From: Thermoplasmata archaeon
GTDB lineage: Archaea; Thermoplasmatota; Thermoplasmata; UBA10834
Assembly (NCBI GenBank): GCA_038852315.1
Contig: JAWCKF010000004.1
Span: 27,265-91,264 of the forward strand
DNA length: 64,000 bases
Reading direction: 5' to 3'
Position numbers and translations under genes: made by a program. Below, in pieces: positions 27,215-38,577 of this stretch; the stretch's first letter is position 1; every line of letters begins with the position of its first letter. The notes under the pieces were generated by a model. It was not told the origin of the DNA. It saw only the letters and a program-made list of their open reading frames with translations, and did no database searches.

Positions 27215-30200
27215 TCAGAGCGGGGAGGTACTGAGCTCCGCTGTTCTTCGGTGGAACTGTCCGAGGTGGTTCACCTGGAGACTCCGCTTCTTCTCGTGCT
27301 CCATCGCGAGAACGGCCGCTCGCGCCCCCTGTATCGTGGTGAACATGGGAATCTGAAGTTCCACGGCCAGTCTCCGCATCATGTATCCGTCCCTGCGTGC
27401 TCCCGACGCCTCGGTCGGTGTGTTTATGACCATGCTCACCTCCCCTGCCCGCATCAGGGACAGGGCGTCCGGGGAGCCATGCTCCGAAATCCTGAACACA
27501 GAGATGGGCTCGAGTCCGTGTCTTCTGAGAAAGTCAGCGGTGCCCTTTGTGGCGTATAGGCCGAACCCTAGCGATTCGAGGCGCTTCGCGATGTCGACGG
27601 CGGCCTGCTTGTCGGTGTCCGCGACACTGATGAACACTCTGCCTGATCTGGGGAGTCTCTGGCCAGATGCGACAAGCGCCTTCCAGACTGCTGCAGGATA
27701 GCTCTTGTCTATGCCCATCACCTCACCTGTAGACTTCATCTCGGGTCCGAGTATGCTGTCCACGCCGGGCAGCTTGAGGAACGGGAAGACGGATGCTTTG
27801 ACGGCAACGTGGTCGCACTTCGCCATGCCCGTAAGCCCGAGCTCCTTCAATGGCTTCCCGAGCATGACCTGGGTTGCCACCTTGGCTAGGGGTACGCCCG
27901 TTGCCTTAGACACCACAGGCACAGTCCGACTCGCGCGCGGATTCGCCTCCAGCATGTAGATCCGCCCGTCCTTGTAGGCCAGCTGAAGGTTGATCAGGCC
28001 AACGGTCTTCAACGCGAGCGCGACCTTACGCGTGATATCGATCACCTCGTTGACCGTCCTCTCGTTGAGCGTCTGCGGAGGAAGCACCATGGTGGCGTCC
28101 CCCGAGTGCACCCCGGCCTCCTCGATGTGTTCGAGGATGCCACCGATGTACACGTCGCGCCCGTCGCACACAGCATCCACATCTATCTCGACCGCGTGTG
28201 TGAGGTACTTGTCCACCAGTATGGGCCGTCTCTTCGAGACGCGAACGGCGCTCTTCATGTAAGTCTCGAGCTCGGATTCATTGTAGACTATCTCCATGGC
28301 CCTGCCACCGAGCACATAGCTGGGCCTTATGAGCACTGGATAACCTATCTCCTCGGCGAGTCCCTTGACCTCGTCGAACGAGGTGCCGGTCCCTGACCTG
28401 GGCTGAAGGATTCCGAGCTCCTCCATGAGCTTCGAGAACCGCTTCCTGTCTTCCGCGAGGTCTATCGAGTCAGGAGAGGTGCCAAGTATCCTCGTCTTCG
28501 ACCCCTTCAGCTCTCTTTGGAGCGGCAACGCGAGGTTGATGGCCGTCTGCCCGCCGAACTGCAATATCACACCGTCAGCCTGCTCCTTCTCGATGACGTT
28601 CAGCACGTCCTCTACAGTTATAGGCTCGAAGTACAGCCGCGTGGACACATCGAAATCGGTCGAGACAGTCTCGGGGTTGTTGTTCACCATCACGGCATCT
28701 ATCCCCATCTCCCTCAGGGCCAGCGCGCCGTGGACACAGCAATAGTCGAACTCGATCCCCTGCCCTATTCTGATCGGACCGGCACCGACGACAACGACTT
28801 TCATCCGGTCTGAGTTGCGCGCCTCGCACTCCCTCTCGTACGTGCTGTAGAAGTAGGGCGTCTGCGCCTCGAACTCGGCAGCACAAGTGTCCACCATCTT
28901 GAACACAGGCAAGATTCCTGAGGATTTCCTCATCGACCTTATCGTCCTCTCATCTTCGCCCGTGACAGCCGAGATGTACTCGTCCCCGAACCCGAGGGAT
29001 TTCGCCTTTGCCAGCAGCTGTGGTGTCAGATGCTCTGCCAGAGCGGTTTCAAGATCCACTATCTCCTTGATCTTCTTGAGGAAGAACATGTCCCACGCTG
29101 TCAGCTCGGCTACGCGCTCGAGGCTGATGCCGCGTCTGATCGCCTCGGCTATGACGAAGAGCCTCCTGTCTGTCGGGACCGAGAGTTCCTGCACGATCTC
29201 CTCGTCGGTGAGCTTCTCTGTTGCCTCGAGTCCTGCCCTGTCTATCTCGAGCGACCTGACGGCCTTCAGGAGCGCCTCCTGGACGTTCCTCCCTATTGCC
29301 ATCACCTCGCCCGTGCTCTTCATCTGCGTCCCGAGGCGCCTGTCGACGGTCCTGAACTTGTCGAAAGGCCACCGAGGTATCTTCATCACCACGTAGTCTA
29401 TCGTCGGCTCAAACGCCGCGCATGTCTTGCCCGTGATCGCGTTTGGTATCTCGTCCAGCGTCTTCCCGATGGCGATTTTCGCCGCCACCCTCGCGATCGG
29501 ATAGCCCGTGGCCTTTGACGCGAGCGCCGAGCTCCGGGACACGCGGGGATTGACCTCTATCACCCGGTATTCTCCCGTCTGCGGGTGCACGGCGAACTGT
29601 ATGTTGGCGCCGCCTTCAATGCCCAGCGCGCGGATGATCTTGATCGAGGCGTTCCTCAGCTGCTGGTGGTCCTCATCGCTGAGCGTCTGGGCCGGCGCGA
29701 CGACTATGCTCTCACCAGTGTGTATCCCCATCGCGTCAAGGTTCTCCATGTTGCACACGATTATGCAGTTGTCCTTCGAATCCCTCATCACCTCATACTC
29801 GAACTCCTTCCACCCTATGACGCTCTCCTCAATGAGGACCTGGTGTATGCGCGAGTAGATCAGCCCCCTCCCGACGATGTCCACCAGGTCCTCCTCGTTG
29901 CGCGCTATCCCGCCGCCCGTGCCCCCGAGCGTGAAGGCCGGCCTCACCAGCACAGGGTATCCGCCAATCTCCTTGGCGGCGGCCTTCGCCTCCTCCACGG
30001 AGACAACAGTCCTGCTCTTGGGTATCGGCTCGCCGAGTCCTATCATCGTGCGCCTGAACAGCTCGCGGTCCTCGGAGAGGGCTATCGCACGAGGCTGACT
30101 GCCTAGCAGCTCCACGCCCAGCCTCTCGAGAGTCCCATTCTCTGCCAGTTCCGAGCAGATGTTGAGCGCGGTCTGCCCTCCCATTCCTGACAATATGCCG

Positions 30201-30454
30201 TCCACACGCTCCTTCTCGACGATCTTAGCCACGGTCTCCGGAGTCAGTGGCTCGATGTATACGATGTCAGCCGTCTCCTCATCAGTCTGGATCGTCGCGG
30301 GGTTGGAGTTGACAAGGACGGTCGTGTACCCCTCCTCCCTCAGAGCCCTGCACGCTTGGGAGCCTGAAAAGTCGAACTCCGCTGCTTGGCCGATGATTAT
30401 GGGGCCCGAACCTATCACCATCAGCTTCTTCAGGTCCTCGCGCTTCGGGATCAT
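27215..30454 (-). CDS. carB: Carbamoyl-phosphate synthase large subunit
   Basis: GSGPIIIGQAAEFDFSG, duplicated ATP-grasp domains and a C-terminal MGS domain. Confidence 0.98.
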   Translation of the reverse strand: MIPKREDLKKLMVIGSGPIIIGQAAEFDFSGSQACRALREEGYTTVLVNSNPATIQTDEETADIVYIEPLTPETVAKIVEKERVDGILSGMGGQTALNICSELAENGTLERLGVELLGSQPRAIALSEDRELFRRTMIGLGEPIPKSRTVVSVEEAKAAAKEIGGYPVLVRPAFTLGGTGGGIARNEEDLVDIVGRGLIYSRIHQVLIEESVIGWKEFEYEVMRDSKDNCIIVCNMENLDAMGIHTGESIVVAPAQTLSDEDHQQLRNASIKIIRALGIEGGANIQFAVHPQTGEYRVIEVNPRVSRSSALASKATGYPIARVAAKIAIGKTLDEIPNAITGKTCAAFEPTIDYVVMKIPRWPFDKFRTVDRRLGTQMKSTGEVMAIGRNVQEALLKAVRSLEIDRAGLEATEKLTDEEIVQELSVPTDRRLFVIAEAIRRGISLERVAELTAWDMFFLKKIKEIVDLETALAEHLTPQLLAKAKSLGFGDEYISAVTGEDERTIRSMRKSSGILPVFKMVDTCAAEFEAQTPYFYSTYERECEARNSDRMKVVVVGAGPIRIGQGIEFDYCCVHGALALREMGIDAVMVNNNPETVSTDFDVSTRLYFEPITVEDVLNVIEKEQADGVILQFGGQTAINLALPLQRELKGSKTRILGTSPDSIDLAEDRKRFSKLMEELGILQPRSGTGTSFDEVKGLAEEIGYPVLIRPSYVLGGRAMEIVYNESELETYMKSAVRVSKRRPILVDKYLTHAVEIDVDAVCDGRDVYIGGILEHIEEAGVHSGDATMVLPPQTLNERTVNEVIDITRKVALALKTVGLINLQLAYKDGRIYMLEANPRASRTVPVVSKATGVPLAKVATQVMLGKPLKELGLTGMAKCDHVAVKASVFPFLKLPGVDSILGPEMKSTGEVMGIDKSYPAAVWKALVASGQRLPRSGRVFISVADTDKQAAVDIAKRLESLGFGLYATKGTADFLRRHGLEPISVFRISEHGSPDALSLMRAGEVSMVINTPTEASGARRDGYMMRRLAVELQIPMFTTIQGARAAVLAMEHEKKRSLQVNHLGQFHRRTAELSTSPL

Positions 30455-31521
30455 GCCACCCCCATCATGCGAAGGAACCTGTCGAAGAGGAAGCTCGTGT
30501 CGTGGGGTCCAGGATGAGCTTCCGGGTGGAACTGGACCGAGAATATCGGAAGCTCCGAGTGCATCAGCCCCTCCACGGTGCCGTCGTTTAGGTTGGTCAC
30601 ATTCACCTCGAACCCGGCTTTCTCCGCAGATGCTCGGTCGACCGCGAACCCGTGGTTCTGCGATGTTATGTACACCCTGCCATCCATCCCTACGGGCTGG
30701 TTGATGCCCCTGTGTCCGAACTTCAGCTTGTAGGTCTTGGCGCCAAAGGCAAGCGAGAGGATCTGATGGCCAAGGCAGATGCCCATGATGGGCAGCTCGT
30801 CCTTCAGCTTCCTCAGAGCCGACACAGTGGTTTTCACGACATCGGGGTGCGCGGGATTGCCAGGTCCGTTCGAGATGAATAGACCATCGGGCCTGAGGTC
30901 AAGGACGACATCCGCTGGCGTATCGAACGGCAGCCTGATCACATTGAACCTTCTTCTCAGCTCGCGGAGTATGCTCGCCTTCACGCCGCAGTCGTAGATG
31001 GCGACAGTCTTCTCACAACCCTCGTCGTGGCGGATGATAGCATTCGTGCTCACCTGTTTGACGAGGTTGGTCTCCTCGGGGTGAGTCATCGTCCTCACCC
31101 TGTCCAGCAACGCGTCGGGATCGGAAGTGCCGATCCCTCCCTTCATTGTCCCGAACATGCGGAGCTTGCGGATCAGCGACCTCGTGTCTATGCCTGATAT
31201 CCCGGGGACGGATGCGCGGCGCAGGAACTCAGCAATAGTCATGGTGCAGCTTCTGTGGCTCGGTGTGTCGCAGGCCTCCCTGACGGCGTATCCCCACACC
31301 TGAACCCTGTCGGATTCCATGTCGCGCGAGTTCACGCCGTAGTTCCCTATGAGGGGATACGAGGCGACGAGTATCTGCCCACAATACGAAGGATCTGTCA
31401 GGGATTCCTGGTAGCCCGTCATCCCTGTGGCAAAGACCACCTCACCGAAGACTTCTCGGACCGCGCCGAAAGCCTCCCCCTCGAAGACCGATCCATCTTC
31501 GAGGACCAGGAAGCCCCTCAT
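30451..31521 (-). CDS. carA: Carbamoyl-phosphate synthase small subunit
   Basis: TGYQESLTDPSY, SNGPG, GICLGHQ and QFHPEAHPGP motifs. Confidence 0.97.
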   Translation of the reverse strand: MRGFLVLEDGSVFEGEAFGAVREVFGEVVFATGMTGYQESLTDPSYCGQILVASYPLIGNYGVNSRDMESDRVQVWGYAVREACDTPSHRSCTMTIAEFLRRASVPGISGIDTRSLIRKLRMFGTMKGGIGTSDPDALLDRVRTMTHPEETNLVKQVSTNAIIRHDEGCEKTVAIYDCGVKASILRELRRRFNVIRLPFDTPADVVLDLRPDGLFISNGPGNPAHPDVVKTTVSALRKLKDELPIMGICLGHQILSLAFGAKTYKLKFGHRGINQPVGMDGRVYITSQNHGFAVDRASAEKAGFEVNVTNLNDGTVEGLMHSELPIFSVQFHPEAHPGPHDTSFLFDRFLRMMGVA

Positions 31522-31626
31522 TCACAAGACCTTTCGTGTATTCCGAGATGGGTTAAAGAAGCTTGCTGTGTCTTTCTCGACTAACTCGGCTGCGTATATC
31601 GCATATCCGACAAAACGAGTGGGACG

Positions 31627-32220
31627 CTATCTCCGGCGCCATTCCTCAGCGAGCAGCGCGAACACCATGTCGTCGAGGAAGCGTCCGCGGTGGAAGGTGT
31701 TCTGCCTCAGGGTGCCCTCGTACTTGAAACCGAGCTTCCTAGCCAGTGCCTGGGATGGCTGGTTCATCGGGTCGATGTATATGACTATCCTGTTGAGTCT
31801 CATAACGGAGAATCCGAAATCGATTGCGGCAGTCATCGCCTCAGTCATGTACCCCTGTCTTCTGTACTCGCTCACCAGGTCGTATCCCATCTCCGCCCTG
31901 TAGCCAAAACCGTCGCCCTTCACCCAGTTGTGAAAGCCGAGGGTCCCGACCAGCTTCCTCTCAGCCTTCAGCTCCATCCCCCACCTGATGCCTCTGTTCT
32001 CCCTGAACGGATTGATGCAGTACATCATCAGCTCTTTTCTTGCATCCTCGATTGTAGTGGGCGGGTCAAATGCCTCCATCTCGACTACCACGGGGTCGGA
32101 GAAGTTAGCTAGGTAGAACTCTGCGTCGTCAAGAGTCATCTCCCTCAGCACTAATCTGGGTGTTTCGAGCGTGGGGAACTCGCCAAATTCCACGAGCCTG
32201 CCGTTCTCGTCGTATTTCAT
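31627..32220 (-). CDS. GNAT acetyltransferase (RimJ/RimL family)
   Basis: LETPRLVLR, EMGY.L..EYRRQGYMTEA and N.PS..LARKLGF..EG motifs. Confidence 0.9.
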   Translation of the reverse strand: MKYDENGRLVEFGEFPTLETPRLVLREMTLDDAEFYLANFSDPVVVEMEAFDPPTTIEDARKELMMYCINPFRENRGIRWGMELKAERKLVGTLGFHNWVKGDGFGYRAEMGYDLVSEYRRQGYMTEAMTAAIDFGFSVMRLNRIVIYIDPMNQPSQALARKLGFKYEGTLRQNTFHRGRFLDDMVFALLAEEWRRR

Positions 32221-32335
32221 AGCTCCTTAAAGAGTGTAAGGCGGTTCCCTATACTTGGCTGCATCTCTTCACACCGATTCCGCCCGCCAATGCCTTTTAG
32301 AACCACCAAAGCCCTCAACCCATGGGCTTCGAGGG

Positions 32336-33193
32336 ATGTTTCCAGAACATTGCAAGGAGGTCAGCGTGAAGAAGGTCGACTTCGAGCTGACCCCTGAGAG
32401 CATAAAGAGCTATCTGCGCAAGAGGAAGGTGTACATCCGAAGCAGGTACTTCGTCCTGAACTCGGGTGATGATTGGGCCGTCGCGCTGGTGGTCAAGAAG
32501 CTCACAAACGAGGTCCTCCAGGAGGTCGCTTCGGTTCATGTCCTCTCCCTCCCCCACGAGACGACCTACATCGAGGAACCAGGTCTTGAGATAATGTCCG
32601 CCTCAGCGATGGGAGCGCTGAGGGAGAAGGTGGGCTCGAAGTGTGTCGTGGTCAAGGGCAAGGCGGAGCACGTCTCGTTCTTCATCGATGAGCCTCCGTA
32701 CCGCCTAACTGTGTTCGATGTGGTCCCGCCTGCGCCCTCGAAGCTAGTGGGCCTGGTCCAGAACGCACTCGATACCTACTTGCAGAACATGTACGTGAAG
32801 GTCGATTTTGTGAGCGCGGACCTCAATGAGCTCGCTGCATCGGCGGACACTGACACGATCATGTTCCCTTGTCGGGCATCCGGGCTCGTGTCCAAAGGGA
32901 AGACGCTGTTCTTGGATGAGACGCCGGAGCTGGGCCCGGAGGAGCTCGCCGGCGTGACTCTCGTCGGGTGCAGCCTCTCCGCGCGGATCTTCAAAGCGGT
33001 ATATGGTGTGGAACCCAAGCTCATCAACATATGTCCGAAGGACCTCTTGAGGAAGACGGGGATCCAAGGGCCCAAGTTGATCAAGTGCTGTCAGCTGAAG
33101 GAGGGCTACGAGGTCGAAGGCGATCTCGGGATAGTCCCGTGGGGCGCGAGGACGCCCGAAGTCGTGGACGCTCTGAGGGCGATCCTCCGCTAG
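32336..33193 (+). CDS. Conserved cysteine-containing hypothetical protein (DUF7714-like)
   Basis: MFPEHCKEV, HVSFF, DVVPP.PSKL, FPCRASG, VGC..S..IF, ICP, KCC and VPWGA motifs. Confidence 0.7.
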   Translation: MFPEHCKEVSVKKVDFELTPESIKSYLRKRKVYIRSRYFVLNSGDDWAVALVVKKLTNEVLQEVASVHVLSLPHETTYIEEPGLEIMSASAMGALREKVGSKCVVVKGKAEHVSFFIDEPPYRLTVFDVVPPAPSKLVGLVQNALDTYLQNMYVKVDFVSADLNELAASADTDTIMFPCRASGLVSKGKTLFLDETPELGPEELAGVTLVGCSLSARIFKAVYGVEPKLINICPKDLLRKTGIQGPKLIKCCQLKEGYEVEGDLGIVPWGARTPEVVDALRAILR

Positions 33194-35100
33194 ATGTCCA
33201 GCTGTTCCTCGCGGAAGGAGACTACGGGACAAGGGCCGAAGCAAGAGCCACAGTGGTGGCAGCGGTCCGCATCTATCACTATCCTCCCATCGAGGGTCAG
33301 GGCGCCCCTCTCGCACCTCGCTACACATATCCCGCATCCCGCGCATTCCATGGCTCGCGTCACCGCCTCTCGCACCTGCTTCGACTTCCTCTCGAGCTCC
33401 GCCTCGTCCTTCGCCCTCACCATCACAGCGCCTTCGCCGAAGACGGTGATCCGGTTTACCTCTGCAATATTGCCGTCAGGAGAGGTCGTCACGGGCCCGA
33501 TCATGTTCAGGATGTTCGCCACCCTCGCCATGTCGAGAGGCCTGCTGAAGGCGCCCTCCATGCTGAGCCCTTCGACGCAGGGGCTGTAACCGCTGGTCGT
33601 CCTCAGTACGAGGGGCCTCCGCTCGATTTCCTGTTCCGCAGCCCTGAGCGATTCCGGTTGGATGCCGAGCTCGTCCAGCACTGCCTTGGGAATTCTGCGC
33701 CACCTCCAGAGGTCGTACTCGAGCCATTCCGCCGGGAGCCCTTTGGAAGCCGCGAACACCTCGAGGTACTTCTGCCATCGCCCGTACTCGCGAGATACCT
33801 CCTTCACCTTCCTGAGCTCACCGAGGTCCGTCGCAGGGCACATGAAGCAGCCTATCCTCTCGAGGCCGGCCTCGTAGAGAGGGTTCGGGCGGGCGTTCTT
33901 CGAGAGCAGATAGAGCCAGACGTGGAGCGCGGTCCACTTCTGGATGGGCGAGGCACCGAGCTGGTTGGGCGTCCAGGGGTTGCGCCAAACGCTCCCCTTC
34001 TTCGCCCTCTGCTCTGATTCGTACGCCCTCTGGCCTATGAACGAGAGGACGCCCTCTGGGAAGTGCTCCTTGATCAACCTCGTCGCGGGCCCGAGCTTGC
34101 AGGTCTTGCAGCACCACCTGAAATCCTTCGCGGGCGGGCCGAAGTAATCGAGGTTCCTCCAGAACGCGTCCCCCGCACTCTCCATGATGAGCTCAAGACC
34201 GCGCTCCCTCGCGGTCGTGATGACGTTCTCCACCGTCTCCCTGAACTCCAGGCCTGTGTCCACAAACAACAGCTTCGGAGTCACACCGGCATCCAGGACC
34301 AATAGCAACGTGGCTAGGCTGTCCTTGCCTCCGCTGTAGGACACGGCGACGGGCATAGGGTTGTCCTTGACCACTTTCTTGATGAATTCGTGCGCTTCGC
34401 GGACCCTTTTGTCGAGCACTGTACGGTTGGCCTCCAGCACCTCGTTCCATGTCGCGCTGCGCCCGCTCGAGATCTCCTCGGATGTGTCGACCACCCACCT
34501 GGTCTTGACGGCGGTTCCGCGCGGACGCTCCATCATCTGCGGCCCGGTCATCTTCGCAGTGCCCACGGACACCGCGGTTCCAGTCTCGTCGAGGACGAGC
34601 ACTTCCGCTCCTGGCGCTATCTGCGGGTCGCAGTCGATGACGCCCACTGCGAGCGTGCTCGCGGACTTCTCTCTGATGGCCTTCGAAGCGCCCGCATCCA
34701 CCCTGACCCATCCCCTTTTCGCACTCCGGGCTATCCTCTGGGCAGCGCGCGGTCGGAGGAGGAACCTCTCGCCTCCTGAGAGTGTGAACCTCAGCGCCCC
34801 GACGACTTCCCCGTCGAGAATGACTTCGTCCATCCTGTCGATGTCAGGAGCCTTGTTGAGCAGGACCACCCTGCCCTCGGGGATGGCGGAGAGACCGGTA
34901 CCAGGGCCAAACTGTGAGTCGATCGCCGATCTTATCCTTGCGATGTCGGCGTCGAACGCAGGCCGGACATCGCCCGGGGGCGTGACGGCGACGCTGCAAG
35001 TCTGGCGTCCGCAGCGGCCGCAGGCCTTCTGCTCCAGCACCGGGACGTTGCAGTCAGCACACCAGCGCAGGTGCATCTTGCCGAGTCGGACTTCGCTCAC
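33190..35100 (-). CDS. PAPS-reductase-family protein with N-terminal zinc finger/PUA domain and C-terminal 2x[4Fe-4S] domain
   Basis: WCADCNVP..C..C, PUA-like region, SGGKDS PP-loop, RWCCKTCK, RIGCFMCP and two ferredoxin motifs. Confidence 0.88.
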   Translation of the reverse strand: MSEVRLGKMHLRWCADCNVPVLEQKACGRCGRQTCSVAVTPPGDVRPAFDADIARIRSAIDSQFGPGTGLSAIPEGRVVLLNKAPDIDRMDEVILDGEVVGALRFTLSGGERFLLRPRAAQRIARSAKRGWVRVDAGASKAIREKSASTLAVGVIDCDPQIAPGAEVLVLDETGTAVSVGTAKMTGPQMMERPRGTAVKTRWVVDTSEEISSGRSATWNEVLEANRTVLDKRVREAHEFIKKVVKDNPMPVAVSYSGGKDSLATLLLVLDAGVTPKLLFVDTGLEFRETVENVITTARERGLELIMESAGDAFWRNLDYFGPPAKDFRWCCKTCKLGPATRLIKEHFPEGVLSFIGQRAYESEQRAKKGSVWRNPWTPNQLGASPIQKWTALHVWLYLLSKNARPNPLYEAGLERIGCFMCPATDLGELRKVKEVSREYGRWQKYLEVFAASKGLPAEWLEYDLWRWRRIPKAVLDELGIQPESLRAAEQEIERRPLVLRTTSGYSPCVEGLSMEGAFSRPLDMARVANILNMIGPVTTSPDGNIAEVNRITVFGEGAVMVRAKDEAELERKSKQVREAVTRAMECAGCGICVARCERGALTLDGRIVIDADRCHHCGSCFGPCPVVSFREEQLDI

Positions 35101-35147
35101 GCTACCCTCGTAACTGCAGACGTCTAATAGGCTTTCGCCACGGGATG

Positions 35148-35564
35148 CTACTTCTGGAGCGCCTTCCACTGCTTGACGACGGACTCTACCGCGTCCTTCG
35201 CGCGGTCGACCCTGTCCTGAGCCTGGAGCCTGCTCATCCCGGGCCCGGTTATGCCCAGGCCAACGGGCTTCTCGAACTCAACAGCGAGGTCCATGATCTT
35301 CCTCGCGGCCTGGCCGATGACGACCTGGTCGTGCTCCGTTTCGCCCTCTATCACGGCGCCGAGCGTGACCACGCCGTCTATCCCCTTGTCCTTCAGAAGC
35401 GCCTTGATGGCAAGGGGCATGTCGTAAACGCCCGGAACCATCACGACCCTCGCCACGTCCACATCCAGGAACTTCGCGTGCTCTTTCGCTCTCTCCAGCA
35501 TCATCTGCGTGACGTCGAAGTTGAACTCGCTGCAGACGATGCCTATCCTCATTCTCCCTGCCAT
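35148..35564 (-). CDS. ribH: 6,7-dimethyl-8-ribityllumazine synthase
   Basis: SEFN, VPGVYDMP, LGAVIEGETEHD and GITGPG motifs. Confidence 0.95.
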   Translation of the reverse strand: MAGRMRIGIVCSEFNFDVTQMMLERAKEHAKFLDVDVARVVMVPGVYDMPLAIKALLKDKGIDGVVTLGAVIEGETEHDQVVIGQAARKIMDLAVEFEKPVGLGITGPGMSRLQAQDRVDRAKDAVESVVKQWKALQK

Positions 35565-35592
35565 GTCACTTCACCTCGTCTCCGATAAGTCC

Positions 35593-36509
<917 letters not shown>

Positions 36510-36515
36510 GGGCCC

Positions 36516-37235
36516 TCACCTGCGGATGAACTCCTTCCACGCGCTGACGATATCGGCACCCTCCAGGAACACAAGGCCGTGAGCCCTTGCATACGCTATG
36601 GCCTTCTCCTTCGAGAGCGCCTTGCCGTCGTCGCCCATCATCTCGCAAACTGTCGCGGACGGCACGAGGCCCGCCATGATGACCAGGGCGGTCGAGAGCT
36701 CGGTGTGGCCGAACCTGGTCTCGAGTATCCTCTCCGAGGTGTTAAGCAGGTGCACGTGCCCAGGGGCACGGAAGTTCCTCCCGAACTCCTGCTTCGCCCA
36801 TCCGTCCTCGGAGGTCAGGGCCCTCCTTGCCAGCTCAGCGAACTCCTTTATCGTTAGAGCCCTGTCATCGTCCGTGATGCCTGTGAAGGTTTTCCTGTGG
36901 TTGATCGTGATGCCGAACGCCGATTTCACGTCGTAGGGAATGTCGTTCGGCATGAGCCCACGCATTATCGGGTATTGGTCTGCCATGCCCAGATAGAGCT
37001 CGGTCATGAATGGCAGCCCGAGGGCTTTCTGTATCCTGGTGTCCGCCGTTGTGCAGATCAGCCCGCCTGCGTCCTTGCGCAGGGTGCGTATGGCGGCAGG
37101 AGTGACGTGTTCTGAGGCGATGACCATGTCGGTCTCCTCCTCTCTGCCATCTGCGTCGTAGACCAGGACGAACTTCCCCTCCCTGAGGTCCTGGAGGGCT
37201 TTTAGCACGGAGGCTGACACCATCTGCGCGTCCAT
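36516..37235 (-). CDS. ribB: 3,4-dihydroxy-2-butanone-4-phosphate synthase
   Basis: YDADGREEETD, DAGGLIC, TGITDDDRA, GHTEL and CEM motifs. Confidence 0.95.
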   Translation of the reverse strand: MDAQMVSASVLKALQDLREGKFVLVYDADGREEETDMVIASEHVTPAAIRTLRKDAGGLICTTADTRIQKALGLPFMTELYLGMADQYPIMRGLMPNDIPYDVKSAFGITINHRKTFTGITDDDRALTIKEFAELARRALTSEDGWAKQEFGRNFRAPGHVHLLNTSERILETRFGHTELSTALVIMAGLVPSATVCEMMGDDGKALSKEKAIAYARAHGLVFLEGADIVSAWKEFIRR

Positions 37236-37457
37236 GGCTCGACATGGATAATATTCGTGGCGAACTTACTATCCGAGAAGTATCTTGTCCACATTTCTTA
37301 AGCAGTCATGTAACCGACCAGGCACTGGAGCCTATTGAGTCGGCAGAGTTCCACTCATGATTGGCCTGTCTCGAACCTCGGATCCCTTCCGATGGTCTGA
37401 AACACCTCAGTGGAATCCAAACACCACTTTATACTCCGATGCCGTTCTTGGGCGGCG

Positions 37458-38498
37458 ATGTTGGATTCGATGGAGAGGGTCGAGGCGCTGGACAGGCGTC
37501 AGATGCTGAACAGGCTGAGCGAGATGCCCAAACACTTCTCTGACGGCCTGAGAGAGGGCAGGCTGTCTAAGCTGCCCAAGTTCGTGCCGAGAAACCTTTT
37601 CGTGTGCGGCATGGGCGGCTCGGCCATCGGCGGCGACCTGCTTCGAGAATGGCTCAGCATCACCAGCGACTTCCCATGCACCGTGGTTAGGTCCTACTCA
37701 GTCCCAGCTTCGGTAACCAAGGACTCGCTCGTCATAGTCGCGAGCTACTCAGGCGAGACCGAGGAGACCATATCGATGTTCGAGTCCGCGAGGAAGCGGA
37801 GAGCGAAGATCGTTATCGCCACATCTGGAGGAACCCTCGCTCGCACTGCTGACGCCGAAGGGCTTCCCTATGTCAAGCTCCCATCTGGGCTGGTACCACG
37901 AGCCTCGCTCGGTTTCATGCTCGGCGCCATGGTGGGCATAGTTGAGCGGGCGGGCATAATGGCATCCGAGAGGGAGATAGAAGAGACGATGGTCGTGCTG
38001 TCAAGGATCGCCAGAGAGAACGCCGTCTCTGTCAGGACCGCGGACAACCCGGCGAAGAAGATGGCTCACGGGATCATCGACAAGGTGCCCGTCGTCGTGG
38101 GCTACGGCCTCTCAGTTCCCGTCGCCAGGAGGTGGGCGAACCAGTTCAATGAGAACTCGAAGTGCCTGGCGTTCAGCTCGGAGTTGCCAGAACTCGACCA
38201 CAACGAGATCGTCGGGTGGGCCCTCGACCCGCGCAGCAGGGGGTTCGTGGCTCTGTTCCTGGATCACAGAAGGCGGGACCGCGCGATGGAGAGGAGGTTG
38301 GCGGCCACTAAGGATATGATATCAAAGAGGGCTCAGGTCATCACCGTCGAGGCGCTCGGGCAGAGCCCACTCGCTCAGATAATGTCCCTCGTGCTGTTCG
38401 GCGACTATGTAAGCGCCTACCTCGGCATACTGCGGGGTTTCGACCCTTCATCGAGCGAACCCATCGACGAGCTGAAGTCCGTCTTGTCCAAGAAGTAG
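37458..38498 (+). CDS. Bifunctional phosphoglucose/phosphomannose isomerase
   Basis: GMGGSAIGG, SYSGETEET, PRAS, QFNENSK and PELDHNEIVG motifs. Confidence 0.93.
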   Translation: MLDSMERVEALDRRQMLNRLSEMPKHFSDGLREGRLSKLPKFVPRNLFVCGMGGSAIGGDLLREWLSITSDFPCTVVRSYSVPASVTKDSLVIVASYSGETEETISMFESARKRRAKIVIATSGGTLARTADAEGLPYVKLPSGLVPRASLGFMLGAMVGIVERAGIMASEREIEETMVVLSRIARENAVSVRTADNPAKKMAHGIIDKVPVVVGYGLSVPVARRWANQFNENSKCLAFSSELPELDHNEIVGWALDPRSRGFVALFLDHRRRDRAMERRLAATKDMISKRAQVITVEALGQSPLAQIMSLVLFGDYVSAYLGILRGFDPSSSEPIDELKSVLSKK

Positions 38499-38544
38499 TG
38501 GGTCGCGCGCGCGTGACCGTTTCTGATTTCCGCTGCGTTTGATG

Positions 38545-38577
38545 AAAAAAGAGCTCGAGAGGGCGGAGCGCCCTCCC
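38545..38577 (-). terminator. Hairpin + T-tract terminator downstream of the RHH gene
   Basis: Minus strand reads GAGGGCG-CTC-CGCCCTC then TCGAGCTCTTTTTT. Confidence 0.55.
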
